In this document: piece after piece, positions 9,846 through 19,583 of the stretch
How the letters are laid out: every line of letters starts with the position of its first letter
Position numbering within the stretch: the stretch's first letter is position 1
Assembly (NCBI GenBank): GCA_934167305.1
Contig: CAKPKQ010000002.1
Location: forward strand, 26,791 to 90,790
DNA: 64,000 nucleotides
Direction: 5' to 3'
Source: an uncultured Clostridia bacterium
Lineage (GTDB): Bacteria > Bacillota > Clostridia > TANB77 > CAG-508
Position numbers and translations under genes: made by a program
Notes under the pieces: generated by a model
Told to the model about the DNA's origin: nothing
The model's database searches: none
What the model saw: only the letters and a program-made list of their open reading frames with translations

Positions 9846-10922
9846 TTATTTTACATATTCATTTAATGGTTTTGTTCTGTAGTTTAGCTCTCCAAATTTA
9901 TCCGTAGTTACATAACCTGGTACACTATTTATAACATCTGGTATACGATTTACAATTGATGCACAAGTTAATTCAACTGTTGCTGGTCTTGCAACAACTA
10001 TTGTTGTATCTGGTTCTCCATAAATTGTCCATTCATTTTTGTCATAGTCTTCTTTTGAATATACTTTGCCAATACATTCTGATTCAATAGTAATTCCTTC
10101 TTTAGTTGTTGTTGTAACAACTGCACTCATTCCTGTAGCATCTCCAGCTTTTACTGTCATTCCTAATGTTGAAGAATATATATCTTCTTTATATGTTTGT
10201 GGTACTGTTTTTTGTGTTTGTCTTTCTACTGTTAATCCAAGTTTAGAGCATAACCAACCATTTACATTCCACATATATGATGGTAAATATTTTCCTGATT
10301 CAATAACTTTTTGTCTTTCTTCATCAGTAATTTTATCAACTGAAGCTACTTGATCTTCAAATTCTTGCATTGTTAATCCAGAGCCATGTGCTTTTGCTAA
10401 AGCAATTCCGTAATCTTCTACATTGTAGCTTGAACTACCTTTTATTTTTGTAATTTTATGTGTTGATCCAGCAATTGAGCTGATTAATTGTCCCCAATAA
10501 ATATCTTGATATCCACTTCCTGTGATTGTACATCCTGTTTGTTTTGCCATTTCATCTAATTCTTTAGTAATTGCTGGGTTTGAATTTTCTGGGTAAAAAG
10601 CTTCTTCACATGTTGTAATTGCATTTATTCCAAGTTTAGCACAAAGCATTAAAGCATCTCTAACGTCTGCAATTAAGCTCATTGTAGTAACTATAGCTAT
10701 ATCAGGTTTTACTTGTTTTAACATTTCTTCTGCATTTTCTAAAGCTGTTACTGTTACACCTTTATTTCCTCCTCCAATGATTTCTCCTATATCCTTTCCA
10801 ACAACAGCTGGGTTTACATCAATAGCTCCAACTATTTCTGCTCCTTTTTCATAAACATAACGCATAGTATAAAATGCCATTTTTCCTGTACCAAATTGTA
10901 CAACTTTTACTTTTCTATCCAT
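9846..10922 (-). CDS. DapB-like NAD(P)-binding oxidoreductase (amine dehydrogenase / 2,4-diaminopentanoate dehydrogenase-like family)
   Basis: N-terminal Rossmann motif KVVQFGTGKMAFYTMRY...GAEIVGAIDVNP. Size and layout resemble Ord/AmDH-type proteins. This is a family-level call from memory only. Confidence 0.55.
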   Translation of the reverse strand: MDRKVKVVQFGTGKMAFYTMRYVYEKGAEIVGAIDVNPAVVGKDIGEIIGGGNKGVTVTALENAEEMLKQVKPDIAIVTTMSLIADVRDALMLCAKLGINAITTCEEAFYPENSNPAITKELDEMAKQTGCTITGSGYQDIYWGQLISSIAGSTHKITKIKGSSSYNVEDYGIALAKAHGSGLTMQEFEDQVASVDKITDEERQKVIESGKYLPSYMWNVNGWLCSKLGLTVERQTQKTVPQTYKEDIYSSTLGMTVKAGDATGMSAVVTTTTKEGITIESECIGKVYSKEDYDKNEWTIYGEPDTTIVVARPATVELTCASIVNRIPDVINSVPGYVTTDKFGELNYRTKPLNEYVK

Positions 10923-11064
10923 AAATTTTCCTCCTTTGAAATTTTATACATTGATTATATACCAAACATAAAAAAATATACAAGTGTTATTTTGTGAATT
11001 TTAATTGATTTTTTTATGTACTTTCTTATATAATAAAAATATATAAAATAAGGAGGATTTTAAA

Positions 11065-11784
11065 ATGTCAATTCATTGTAATGCTAAAAAAGAAGATATA
11101 ACTAAAACTGTTCTTATGCCTGGTGACCCTCTTCGTGCAAAATATATTGCCGAAAATTTTTTAGAAAATGCTAGGCTAGTAAATACAGTTAGAAATATGC
11201 TTGCATATACAGGAACATATAAAGGAAAAGAAATTTCTGTTTTTTCTCATGGTATGGGAATGGCAAGTATGGGAATCTATTGTTATGAATTATATAAATT
11301 CTATGATGTAGAAAATATTATTCGTATTGGTTCATGTGGAGCTTATTCTGAAGATTTAAATATTTTTGATACTATATTAGTTGATAATAGCTACACAGAA
11401 GGTAACTTTGCTTATGAATGGAATAATAAAGATTGTCATTTAATAGAATCTAGTAGTTTATTAAATGAAATTATAGAAAAAACTTCACAAAACTGTAATA
11501 TTCCTTATGTTAAAGGAAATATTTTATGTAGTGATTGCTTTGATGGATATTTGGAAGATGTAAATGGTTTAATTAATAGATTTCCAAAAGACTTAAATAT
11601 TATTGGAGCAGAAATGGAATCTTTTGCACTATTTTACTTAGCAAAATATTTAGGAAAACAAGCCTCTTGCTTATTAACAGTTGTTGATTCAATTTGCAAA
11701 AAACAAGAAATAAGTTCTGAAGATCGCGAAAAATCTTTAAACAATATGATAACATTAGCTTTAGAGAGTGCTTTGTCAGTTTAG
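11065..11784 (+). CDS. deoD: Purine nucleoside phosphorylase, DeoD type (PNP_UDP_1 family)
   Basis: Motifs VLMPGDPLRAKYIAENFL, YTGTYKGKEISVFSHGMGMASMGIY and GAEMESFALF. The last four codons, including the stop, lie inside the repeat element. Confidence 0.85.
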   Translation: MSIHCNAKKEDITKTVLMPGDPLRAKYIAENFLENARLVNTVRNMLAYTGTYKGKEISVFSHGMGMASMGIYCYELYKFYDVENIIRIGSCGAYSEDLNIFDTILVDNSYTEGNFAYEWNNKDCHLIESSSLLNEIIEKTSQNCNIPYVKGNILCSDCFDGYLEDVNGLINRFPKDLNIIGAEMESFALFYLAKYLGKQASCLLTVVDSICKKQEISSEDREKSLNNMITLALESALSV

Positions 11785-11911
11785 GGACGTTTCTTTAACT
11801 GACATAAATGTCAGTTTTTGGGGACACATCTTTAATTTAAATTAGCAATAATTAAAGATGTGTCCCCTGACTGACAAAAATGTCAGTTGAAGAAACGTCC
11901 CCAAACTGACA
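11774..11911. repeat. Full-length nested-palindrome repeat element (138 bp)
   Basis: Unit (11774-11804), taaa, central long hairpin tgtcagtttttggggacacatcttta...taaagatgtgtcccctgactgaca (11809-11876), aaaa, inverted unit (11881-11911). It fills the convergent deoD/greA intergenic gap. Confidence 0.9.
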
Positions 11912-11918
11912 CTTTTAT

Positions 11919-12395
11919 TTATTTTGTTATTGATAATACTTTATATTGGATAATTCCTGCTGGTGCTTGAACTTCTACTATTTGGTTTTTCTTAGCTCCT
12001 AAGATTGCACTTCCTATTGGAGATTCGTTTGATATTTTGTTTTGTGCTAAGTCAACTTCTGTAGAACCTACTAATGTATAGCTTACTTCTTCATTGAATT
12101 CCATGTCTAATAATTTTACTGTATTTCCAACTTGAACTGTTTTAGTATCTATTTCTGATTCATCTATAATTTTTGCATTTCTAAGCTTGTTTTCTAATTC
12201 TACAATTTTGGTTTCGTTTTCAGCTTGAGCATTTTTTGCTTCATCATATTCTGAGTTTTCTGATAAATCACCAAATCCTAAAGCAATTTTTATTCTTTCA
12301 GCTATTTCAGCTCTTTTAGTTGTTTTTAAATTATCTAATTCTTGTTCTAATTTGTCATAACCTTCTTGTGTTAGTAATACCTCTTTTTCTTCCAT
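11919..12395 (-). CDS. greA: Transcription elongation factor GreA
   Basis: 158 aa with a coiled-coil N-domain ([17 protein letters not shown]...[12 protein letters not shown]) and a GreA/B C-terminal domain ([12 protein letters not shown]). Confidence 0.95.
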   Translation of the reverse strand: MEEKEVLLTQEGYDKLEQELDNLKTTKRAEIAERIKIALGFGDLSENSEYDEAKNAQAENETKIVELENKLRNAKIIDESEIDTKTVQVGNTVKLLDMEFNEEVSYTLVGSTEVDLAQNKISNESPIGSAILGAKKNQIVEVQAPAGIIQYKVLSITK

Positions 12396-12515
12396 TTGTC
12401 TTACCTCCTTTGCACGAATAAAAAAAATGACTGCAACAAATTAGCTTTATAATTTATTGCGACTTCTTTAATATACTAAAATTTTTATTTTTTGTCAAGA
12501 ATATTCATGTAAATT

Positions 12516-13499
12516 TCACAATACTCCATTTTTTCCATATAATGTTATTATTTTTACTTCATCCTTTTTCATTTTTTCTTTGACATATTCTAAGTTTTGT
12601 TTCTTGTTTATTAGACTCTCATATAATGTAGCCATTGAACAGTCATCTGTCAAATTATATTCTTCAAAAAAGTCTTTAACTTTTTCTGATGTACTTATTC
12701 CTACTTTTCTGATTTGTATTCCAGAATATGTACAGCTTTCATAGAATCCGTTTTTATTTATTGTAATAATTGTTGCATCTCTGTATATTGTATATTTTTT
12801 TATTTCTTGTTCGCTAAAGTCAAAATTTACTATTATTTTTGATTTTTTTAGACTTTTCTTTTTATTGTTTGTTACAGTAATTACTGTACTTACTTGATTT
12901 TCTACTTGATCTGCTATATTTTGAAATTGTCTTATATTTGGAGTAATAATATTTACAGTTTTAAAATAGTGTATTAAGTAATATATGTTTTCTACGCAAA
13001 TATTATTCACTTCTTTTGCACAAATATATAAATCTTCAGTTTCTGTTTTTAGATTTTGCTTTTTTAATGTAAATTCTATTATTTCTTTTATTAAGTATGG
13101 CATTATTCCTCTACCATCTAGTATATGAATTTTTTTAATTTCATCTTCTATTATTTTATTAAACATATGATATTTTTGCAATTTTTCTTCCGCAACCAAA
13201 GTTTGTATGTTATATTTTTGCATTAATTTTTTAACTTTTTTTAAACATATTTTTATTTTTTGTGTCTTTTCTAATTCTCTAAATGGCATTATAAATAAAT
13301 ATGCATTATATATTTCTTTGACTGTTATTATATTAAAAATATACTTTATTTTTGCTATTATTTTATAGAAAAATGAACATATATAATATGCTACTTTATA
13401 AATTATTCCTTGCTTTTCCTTCAGTGTTTTTAAGTAATCACTCTCATATAATTCTTCTTCATTTGTTTCTAGTTTTAAATATCCAAGCAAAAAAATCAC
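12516..13499 (-). CDS. Hypothetical protein (327 aa), no family recognised
   Basis: Long uninterrupted ORF, extremely AT-rich. No motif recognised and the start codon is uncertain. Confidence 0.45.
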   Translation of the reverse strand: MIFLLGYLKLETNEEELYESDYLKTLKEKQGIIYKVAYYICSFFYKIIAKIKYIFNIITVKEIYNAYLFIMPFRELEKTQKIKICLKKVKKLMQKYNIQTLVAEEKLQKYHMFNKIIEDEIKKIHILDGRGIMPYLIKEIIEFTLKKQNLKTETEDLYICAKEVNNICVENIYYLIHYFKTVNIITPNIRQFQNIADQVENQVSTVITVTNNKKKSLKKSKIIVNFDFSEQEIKKYTIYRDATIITINKNGFYESCTYSGIQIRKVGISTSEKVKDFFEEYNLTDDCSMATLYESLINKKQNLEYVKEKMKKDEVKIITLYGKNGVL

Positions 13500-13557
13500 C
13501 TCAATATATATAAGCTTGTTTTATATTATATTGAAGTGATTTTTGATTTATGACCTT

Positions 13558-15246
13558 TTAGATTCCTATTTTATTTGATATTAAATTCCAAATAGATGAT
13601 GTTGATCTATCATATTCCCAAAATGCTGCTCCCCCTAAATTATATTTAGATACTAAGTCCAATTTTGCTTCAATAGATTTTTCATCTTCAACCCATATTT
13701 TATATGTTGCTCCATTTTTCTGGTATTCAACATAATATTGCTGTAAACTCTCATCCCAATTTTTTTGTGCATTACTTGGTATTACTTTATCTATGTTTCC
13801 CATGTTTACTACATCTGATGTTACATTTCCATTTGATTCTTTCCAAACTCTTGTATAAAATGGTACTCCTAAGATCAATTTACTTGCTTCTACTCCTTCT
13901 TGACCTAGGAATTTTTTTACATTAGTTTCTACCCAATCACAACCAGCAGTAGTTCCTGCTTTTGTTGATGTAGCTCCATATTGATCATATGCCATAAACA
14001 TTATATAATCTGCTATTTTGCCAATTATATTTCTATCATAACATAAAGACCATTCTGGTGCGCCGTCTGGTGCTGTAACATCTACTGATAATACTACTCC
14101 TATTTCATTTAATCTTGGTCTTAGTTCAATTAAAAATCTAGAAAAATTGTCTTTGTCTGTTTCATACATTCCCTCAAAGTCAATGTTTATTCCGTCTATA
14201 TTATATTCTGTTATGTAGTCTACAAGTTGATTTATTACATTTTCTCTTAGTTTATAATCTGCTAACATTTTTGATGTTTCACTCATATTAGAATTTGTAA
14301 ACATTGGCCAAACTTTATAGTTGTTTTCATGTGCCCAATTTACATATTGTTTTCCCTCTTCACCTACATTTGCATATACTTTCGTTGTGCTATATTTACT
14401 CATATAGAAGAAACTTGGAGAAACAACATTTATTCCTTTTATGTTTTCGTTTCTTGTTGGAGCAGATACATATTCAGAATAATAATCCCATGCTACACTT
14501 ATTTTTCCTTCCATTTTAGGTGTTTCTTGTATTGCTTGTCTAATTACATTTTCTTTACCCATTTTATTTATTTTTATATAGCCTATTATTCCTTCTTGTG
14601 TTCTAACTCTTGTCCAACCATTTGGAACAGGGAAGTCCGATCTATTAGCAATTACAAGAGTATCTCCTTCTTTTGCTTTTGCTAATGTTGCTGAAATATT
14701 AGTTGGTTTATATTTTATATTAACATTTTTGGCAAGTGTTGCTATTTTTTGCTCTCTGTCTAATGAGTCAATATATACTAAATCTGTACTTTCAACATAT
14801 GTTGTTTTAGTATTATATACATCTTCTAGCTCAGATATTGGAACATATGCTACATTGTCAATTATTATGGCTCCTAATTTAATTGTAACATTTGAACTAT
14901 TAATTTGAATTTGCTTACTATCTATTGGTAAACTTGCTATTTTTTTGCTAGATCCAGTAATTACTTGATTATATTTTTCATCATAAGTAATTGTATTATC
15001 AAAAAAATTATATATGTCTGGCTTTGATAAATATACAACTCCATCTTTTATATATACATCGTTTTTTAAACTTGTAGTAACATTTGAATTATTTATAATT
15101 AAATTAGTTTGATTTATGGTTTTTACAATGTAATTTTTCTTTATTACATATGAGGCTCCAATTATTCCTGCTATTAGAATAAGCATTATAATAATTAAAA
15201 CTATTACTTTTCCTGTTTTTGATTTTTTTTCTTTAAATCTGCTCAT
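13558..15246 (-). CDS. Glycoside hydrolase family 18 protein (YaaH/YdhD-like, membrane-anchored)
   Basis: N-terminal TM segment, a copper-amine-oxidase-N-like/SH3-like region, and a GH18 catalytic motif DGINIDFE with a MAYDQYG segment. Confidence 0.8.
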   Translation of the reverse strand: MSRFKEKKSKTGKVIVLIIIMLILIAGIIGASYVIKKNYIVKTINQTNLIINNSNVTTSLKNDVYIKDGVVYLSKPDIYNFFDNTITYDEKYNQVITGSSKKIASLPIDSKQIQINSSNVTIKLGAIIIDNVAYVPISELEDVYNTKTTYVESTDLVYIDSLDREQKIATLAKNVNIKYKPTNISATLAKAKEGDTLVIANRSDFPVPNGWTRVRTQEGIIGYIKINKMGKENVIRQAIQETPKMEGKISVAWDYYSEYVSAPTRNENIKGINVVSPSFFYMSKYSTTKVYANVGEEGKQYVNWAHENNYKVWPMFTNSNMSETSKMLADYKLRENVINQLVDYITEYNIDGINIDFEGMYETDKDNFSRFLIELRPRLNEIGVVLSVDVTAPDGAPEWSLCYDRNIIGKIADYIMFMAYDQYGATSTKAGTTAGCDWVETNVKKFLGQEGVEASKLILGVPFYTRVWKESNGNVTSDVVNMGNIDKVIPSNAQKNWDESLQQYYVEYQKNGATYKIWVEDEKSIEAKLDLVSKYNLGGAAFWEYDRSTSSIWNLISNKIGI

Positions 15247-15412
15247 AATTCTCTCCTATTTTTTATATTGTCTTCAATATATCACAATTTATAATTTTAG
15301 TGAATACTATTTTTACATTTTAATAAATTTTTAATTTTTTTACTATATTTGTATATTTTTTACTTTTTGGGAAAATATATAAATAGCAAAAATTATTTGG
15401 AGGTTTATAAAA

Positions 15413-15625
15413 ATGGGAATTGAAAAACATTTAAGAATTACTGGTACATCTACAGTATCATGGAAAGATGCAATCGTTCAAGCTGTTGCTGAAGCATCAA
15501 AAACCATTGACTTTTTGTCTAATGTAAAGATTATAGAACAAAGGGCACGAATTGATGGTAAAAAATTAGTAGAATATTTTGTTGATTTAGATTTATCTTT
15601 TGTTATTGACAGAGATAGAGATTAA
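15413..15625 (+). CDS. Dodecin family protein
   Basis: 70 aa. The pattern LRITGTSTVSWKDAIVQAVAEASKTI...DGKKLVEYFVDLDLSF matches the dodecin (DUF1458) layout. A GGAGG RBS is present. Confidence 0.65.
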   Translation: MGIEKHLRITGTSTVSWKDAIVQAVAEASKTIDFLSNVKIIEQRARIDGKKLVEYFVDLDLSFVIDRDRD

Positions 15626-15640
15626 AAAGGAGGCTAAATT

Positions 15641-16087
15641 TTGAAACCAATTGAAACTAAACAAGAATATAGTGATTATGTTGATAAGAAATCTCCTAAT
15701 TCTCCTATACTAAAAAATTGTTTTAACGCATTTTGGGTTGGAGGTTTAATATGTAGTATAGGACAAATTATTATGGATTTTTGCAAATATCAAGGTATGG
15801 ATGAAGTTTCATCATCTACTATTGTGTCAATTATTTTAATTGCTATATCGGCAATATTAACAGGATTAAATATATTTAATAAAATAGGAAAATTTGCAGG
15901 TGCAGGTTCTTTAATACCAATTACAGGTTTTGCAAATTCAATTGTTTCACCTGCTATAGAATACAAATCTGAAGGATATGTTATGGGTGTTGGAGGAAAA
16001 ATGTTTACTGTTGCAGGTCCAGTATTGGTATTTGGTATTTCCTCTTCTGTAATAATTGGAATTATTGCAACATTATTTATAAAATAA
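15641..16087 (+). CDS. spoVAC: Stage V sporulation protein AC
   Basis: 148-aa multi-TM protein (FWVGGLICSIGQ..., GAGSLIPITGFANS) in the conserved order spoVAC-spoVAD-spoVAE. Confidence 0.9.
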   Translation: MKPIETKQEYSDYVDKKSPNSPILKNCFNAFWVGGLICSIGQIIMDFCKYQGMDEVSSSTIVSIILIAISAILTGLNIFNKIGKFAGAGSLIPITGFANSIVSPAIEYKSEGYVMGVGGKMFTVAGPVLVFGISSSVIIGIIATLFIK

Positions 16088-16105
16088 ATTAATAAGGAGA
16101 TTTAT

Positions 16106-17110
16106 ATGACTCGATTAGGTAATCAAACTTTAAAATTAGATAATCCACCAACAATAACCGAAGTTGCTAGTATTGTTGGTCCAAAAGAAGGTCAAGGGCC
16201 ACTAGCTAAATATTTTGATCAATGTTTAAAGGATGAGTTTTGGGGAGAAAAAACTTGGGAAAAGGCTGAAAGTAAAATTATAAAAGAAACTGTGAATATT
16301 GCTATTAACAAGTCAGGTATTCCCTCAAGTCAAATAGATTATTGTTTTGCTGGAGATTTATTAAATCAATGTATTTCTTCAAGCTTTGGACTTAGAGAAT
16401 TAAACATTCCTTTTTTTGGCATTTTTGGAGCATGTTCTACTTTTGTTGAAGGTTTATGTTTGGCAAGTGTATTTTTAGACGCTGGTGCTGCAAATAATAT
16501 TTTATGTGCTACATCTAGCCATTTTTGTAGTGCCGAAAAACAATTTCGTTTTCCTTTGGAATTAGGAAATCAAAGACCTCCTACTTCTCAATGGACTGTA
16601 ACTGGTTCTGGTGCTGCTGTTTTATCAAAATCTGGTAAAGGACCTTTTATTACTCATGTTACACCTGGTAAAATTGTAGATATGGGAATAAAAGATGCAA
16701 ATAATATGGGTGCCGCAATGGCTCCAGCAGCTTTAGATACATTAATTACTCATTTAAAAGATACTGACAGAAAGCCAAGTTATTATGATGCTATTATTAC
16801 TGGAGATTTAGGTCATATTGGTAAAGATATTGTTCTGGAATTAGCAGAAACCAAAGGATACAATATAAAAAATAATTATAATGATTGTGGAGTTTTAATA
16901 TTTGATAAAAATACTCAAGATACTCATTCTGGTGGTAGTGGATGTGCTTGTATAGGTACTGTTTTTTCAGGATACTTTTTTAAGCAATTAAAAGATAGAA
17001 AACTAAATAAAATTTTACTTATTGCAACTGGTGCTTTAACAAATGCTACTACTTCGCAGCAAGGTGAAAGTATACCTGGAATAGCTCATGCAGTTGCCAT
17101 TGAAAACTAA
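16106..17110 (+). CDS. spoVAD: Stage V sporulation protein AD
   Basis: 334 aa with a thiolase-like fold signature typical of SpoVAD (GDLLNQ, FGACST, SGGSGCAC), lying between spoVAC and spoVAE. Confidence 0.9.
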   Translation: MTRLGNQTLKLDNPPTITEVASIVGPKEGQGPLAKYFDQCLKDEFWGEKTWEKAESKIIKETVNIAINKSGIPSSQIDYCFAGDLLNQCISSSFGLRELNIPFFGIFGACSTFVEGLCLASVFLDAGAANNILCATSSHFCSAEKQFRFPLELGNQRPPTSQWTVTGSGAAVLSKSGKGPFITHVTPGKIVDMGIKDANNMGAAMAPAALDTLITHLKDTDRKPSYYDAIITGDLGHIGKDIVLELAETKGYNIKNNYNDCGVLIFDKNTQDTHSGGSGCACIGTVFSGYFFKQLKDRKLNKILLIATGALTNATTSQQGESIPGIAHAVAIEN

Positions 17111-17127
17111 TTTTGGAGGTAAATTAT

Positions 17128-17514
17128 ATGGATTTTATACAAAGTATTGACTGGTTAGGAATATTAAAATGTTTTGTTGTTGGAGGAATTATATGTATTA
17201 TTGGACAAATTCTTATAGACAAAACCAAATTAACTCCTGCTAGAATTTTGGTTATATATGTTACTGTTGGTGCTATTTTAGGTGGACTTGGAATTTACAA
17301 ATATTTAATAGATTTTGCTGGTGCTGGCGCTACTGTTCCATTAACTGGATTTGGTGCAAATTTGGCCAAAGGTGCTATACAAGAAGTTAAATCTTCTGGA
17401 TTATTAGGTGCTTTTGTTGGTGGTGTAAAGGCTTCTGCTGGCGGAATTGCTGCTGCTGTTTTCTTTGGATATTTAGCATCTTTGATTGCAAAACCTAAAA
17501 TAAAGAAACAATAA
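17128..17514 (+). CDS. spoVAE: Stage V sporulation protein AE (SpoVAEb-type)
   Basis: GGAGG RBS upstream of the ATG at 17128. Multi-TM protein with GAGATVPLTGFGANLAKG, paralogous to SpoVAC. Confidence 0.85.
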   Translation: MDFIQSIDWLGILKCFVVGGIICIIGQILIDKTKLTPARILVIYVTVGAILGGLGIYKYLIDFAGAGATVPLTGFGANLAKGAIQEVKSSGLLGAFVGGVKASAGGIAAAVFFGYLASLIAKPKIKKQ

Positions 17515-17557
17515 AAAATACAGCTCAATTTTTGAGTTGTATTTTTTATTATTTTCC

Positions 17558-19330
17558 TTATAAATAAAGTATTACTCTAAAACCAACAAAATCATGTGGA
17601 AATCTTATACTATCTGACAATCTAAAACTTGCATAATAGTATGTATCATTATAATATCCACCCCTGCATACACAAGGTGAAGATGACTTTGTTGAATACT
17701 CTGTTGTCCATTCACATACATTGCTTGCCAAGTCAAAAATTTTACATACTTCATCACCTGTTGCACCAGTAGTTTTTAAAGTTGTATTTGTTCCTCTGCC
17801 TGCATTTGGATAATTACTTTGTTGCATAGTTCTTATATATAATAATGTTGTATCCCATGCATAGCTATTTATTAAATCAGCTTCTAAAGAATTATTATCT
17901 GTATATGCACTTCTTGCAATTCTTGCAGCAGCTACTTGTGTTACATAATTCCATACTCCCAAACCTTTTTTAGATTGTGGTTTAACACTTCCGTCTGTTA
18001 ATGTTTTTTTAGCTAATTGATTATTATCAACTGTGCCTGTTATTCCAGCTTCATAACGAGCTATATAAAATCCACCATTATTTTTAACTTTTGTTATAAA
18101 ATCTTTTAAGTTCTTAGCAGTAGTATTAGTTGATGTTGAATCATATAAACCATTCGAAATTCTTGAATCACTTAGTTCGTAGAAGAAACTACCAGATCTA
18201 TACTTTGTATCTACTGTTCCGTCTGCCACGTTCTCTGCTGTTGTTTTTAAATAATCAGCTCCACTTTGTATCAAACTCGGAGTTCCATCCTCATATTCAT
18301 TTGTTGTTGAATTTTTTACCCTTTTAAATCCATATCTTCCCAGAGTTATTACTACTTCTGTACCATCACTTTTTTTAATAGGATTTGTATTACTTCCATC
18401 AATATTGCTTACTGGTACCCATACATATTGATTTCCTTCACTGTCTTCTATTACTATGCCTTCTTCAACTGTATCTCCAGAATCATCTGCTAAATCAAAT
18501 CCATCTGGAATCACTATTGTATTACCATTTGAATCTTCTATTTTTCCACTAATTGGACCCTTTAAAATTGGACCTTCAATCGTTTCTCTTTTGTTTCCAA
18601 CATTATCAACTGATAAAACATGCAAATAATATCTTTCTTTTGTTATATCAAGCGTAATTGTCTCTTCAGTATTTGTAAAAGAATTTGTATAAGAGCTTTC
18701 ATTTGTTCCAATCATTGAATTTGTTGTATTATATACCCATTTACATTTACTGATATCAATTCCTGTTTCATTATCATTTAGAACAATTTTAGCATTTATA
18801 CTTTTTCTACCATTAGAACTAATTGATATTGACGCATCTTCCGGTGCCATTCCATCTATTATTTTTATACTACTTAATGTATTTTTTACTATTTCATCAT
18901 TTTTTAGTAATCTAGCCCAAACTGTATCATTATGTTTTAAGTTAATTATTGGTTCAGTATATTCGATCCAATCTCCAGTATTAGAATTTTTTTGATATTG
19001 TATTGTATAACCTTTTATAGTATAGTTTCCTTTTGTTGCCTTTAATTTTAAGGTTACTTTTCCATCTTTCCATTTTTCTTTTCCATCTTTTTCAACTTTT
19101 AATACTGTTGATTCTGCTGGATTCATAATACTATTTAAATTATTTAGCATATTATTCAATTCTTCATTAGCTAAGTCAGATCTTTCTTCTACATTTTGTG
19201 CATAATTTTCAGATCTATTTACAACACCATTATCACTTACAATCATAACTACAGACGTAATAGCTAAAATTAATGTAATTATTATTGTTACAGCTAAAGC
19301 AATTAGAGTTATACCCTTTTGATCTCTCAT
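17558..19330 (-). CDS. Modular surface protein: prepilin-like N-terminal module + Ig-like middle region + C-terminal FGE-sulfatase (SUMF1 / C-type-lectin-fold) domain
   Basis: Start chosen at MRDQKGITLIALAVTIIITLIL (GAGG RBS), not the upstream ATG at 19360. The C-terminus has SUMF1-type motifs (YVWVP, GFYIARYE, NSYAWDT, GDEVCKIFDLASNVCEWTTE, CRGG..., GFRVILYL). Confidence 0.8.
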   Translation of the reverse strand: MRDQKGITLIALAVTIIITLILAITSVVMIVSDNGVVNRSENYAQNVEERSDLANEELNNMLNNLNSIMNPAESTVLKVEKDGKEKWKDGKVTLKLKATKGNYTIKGYTIQYQKNSNTGDWIEYTEPIINLKHNDTVWARLLKNDEIVKNTLSSIKIIDGMAPEDASISISSNGRKSINAKIVLNDNETGIDISKCKWVYNTTNSMIGTNESSYTNSFTNTEETITLDITKERYYLHVLSVDNVGNKRETIEGPILKGPISGKIEDSNGNTIVIPDGFDLADDSGDTVEEGIVIEDSEGNQYVWVPVSNIDGSNTNPIKKSDGTEVVITLGRYGFKRVKNSTTNEYEDGTPSLIQSGADYLKTTAENVADGTVDTKYRSGSFFYELSDSRISNGLYDSTSTNTTAKNLKDFITKVKNNGGFYIARYEAGITGTVDNNQLAKKTLTDGSVKPQSKKGLGVWNYVTQVAAARIARSAYTDNNSLEADLINSYAWDTTLLYIRTMQQSNYPNAGRGTNTTLKTTGATGDEVCKIFDLASNVCEWTTEYSTKSSSPCVCRGGYYNDTYYYASFRLSDSIRFPHDFVGFRVILYL

Positions 19331-19346
19331 ATTTAATACCTCTTTT

Positions 19347-19556
19347 TTATATATCTTCATTCAGCTCATTAATCAAGTTTTTTAACTCCCTATTATTGGA
19401 ATCTTGACCATCTTGAATTCCTTCCACTAAATTTTGCGATTTATCTATTATTCCATCTTCTTTAAACACTATGTCAATTGACACCGTTACTAAAATCAAC
19501 AAAATAATTATTGTTATTACTAAAACAATTAGTGTTATTCCCTCTTGTTTTTTCAT
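19347..19556 (-). CDS. Stand-alone prepilin-like N-terminal module (69 aa)
   Basis: MKKQEGITLIVLVITIIILLILV... followed by the same acidic helical stalk as its neighbours (...RELKNLINELNEDI). A GAAGG RBS is present. It has no C-terminal domain. Confidence 0.6.
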   Translation of the reverse strand: MKKQEGITLIVLVITIIILLILVTVSIDIVFKEDGIIDKSQNLVEGIQDGQDSNNRELKNLINELNEDI

Positions 19557-19583
19557 TTCAAACCTTCTTTCTTGTTGCTATTT

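Noticed and set aside
19331-19360. Upstream ATG (19360) as the start of the 600-aa paralog, overlapping the 69-aa gene
   Set aside because: The downstream ATG at 19330 has a GAGG RBS and yields the same M-x-x-Q-K-G-ITLIAL leader spacing as the other four family members. The 10-codon extension has no support.
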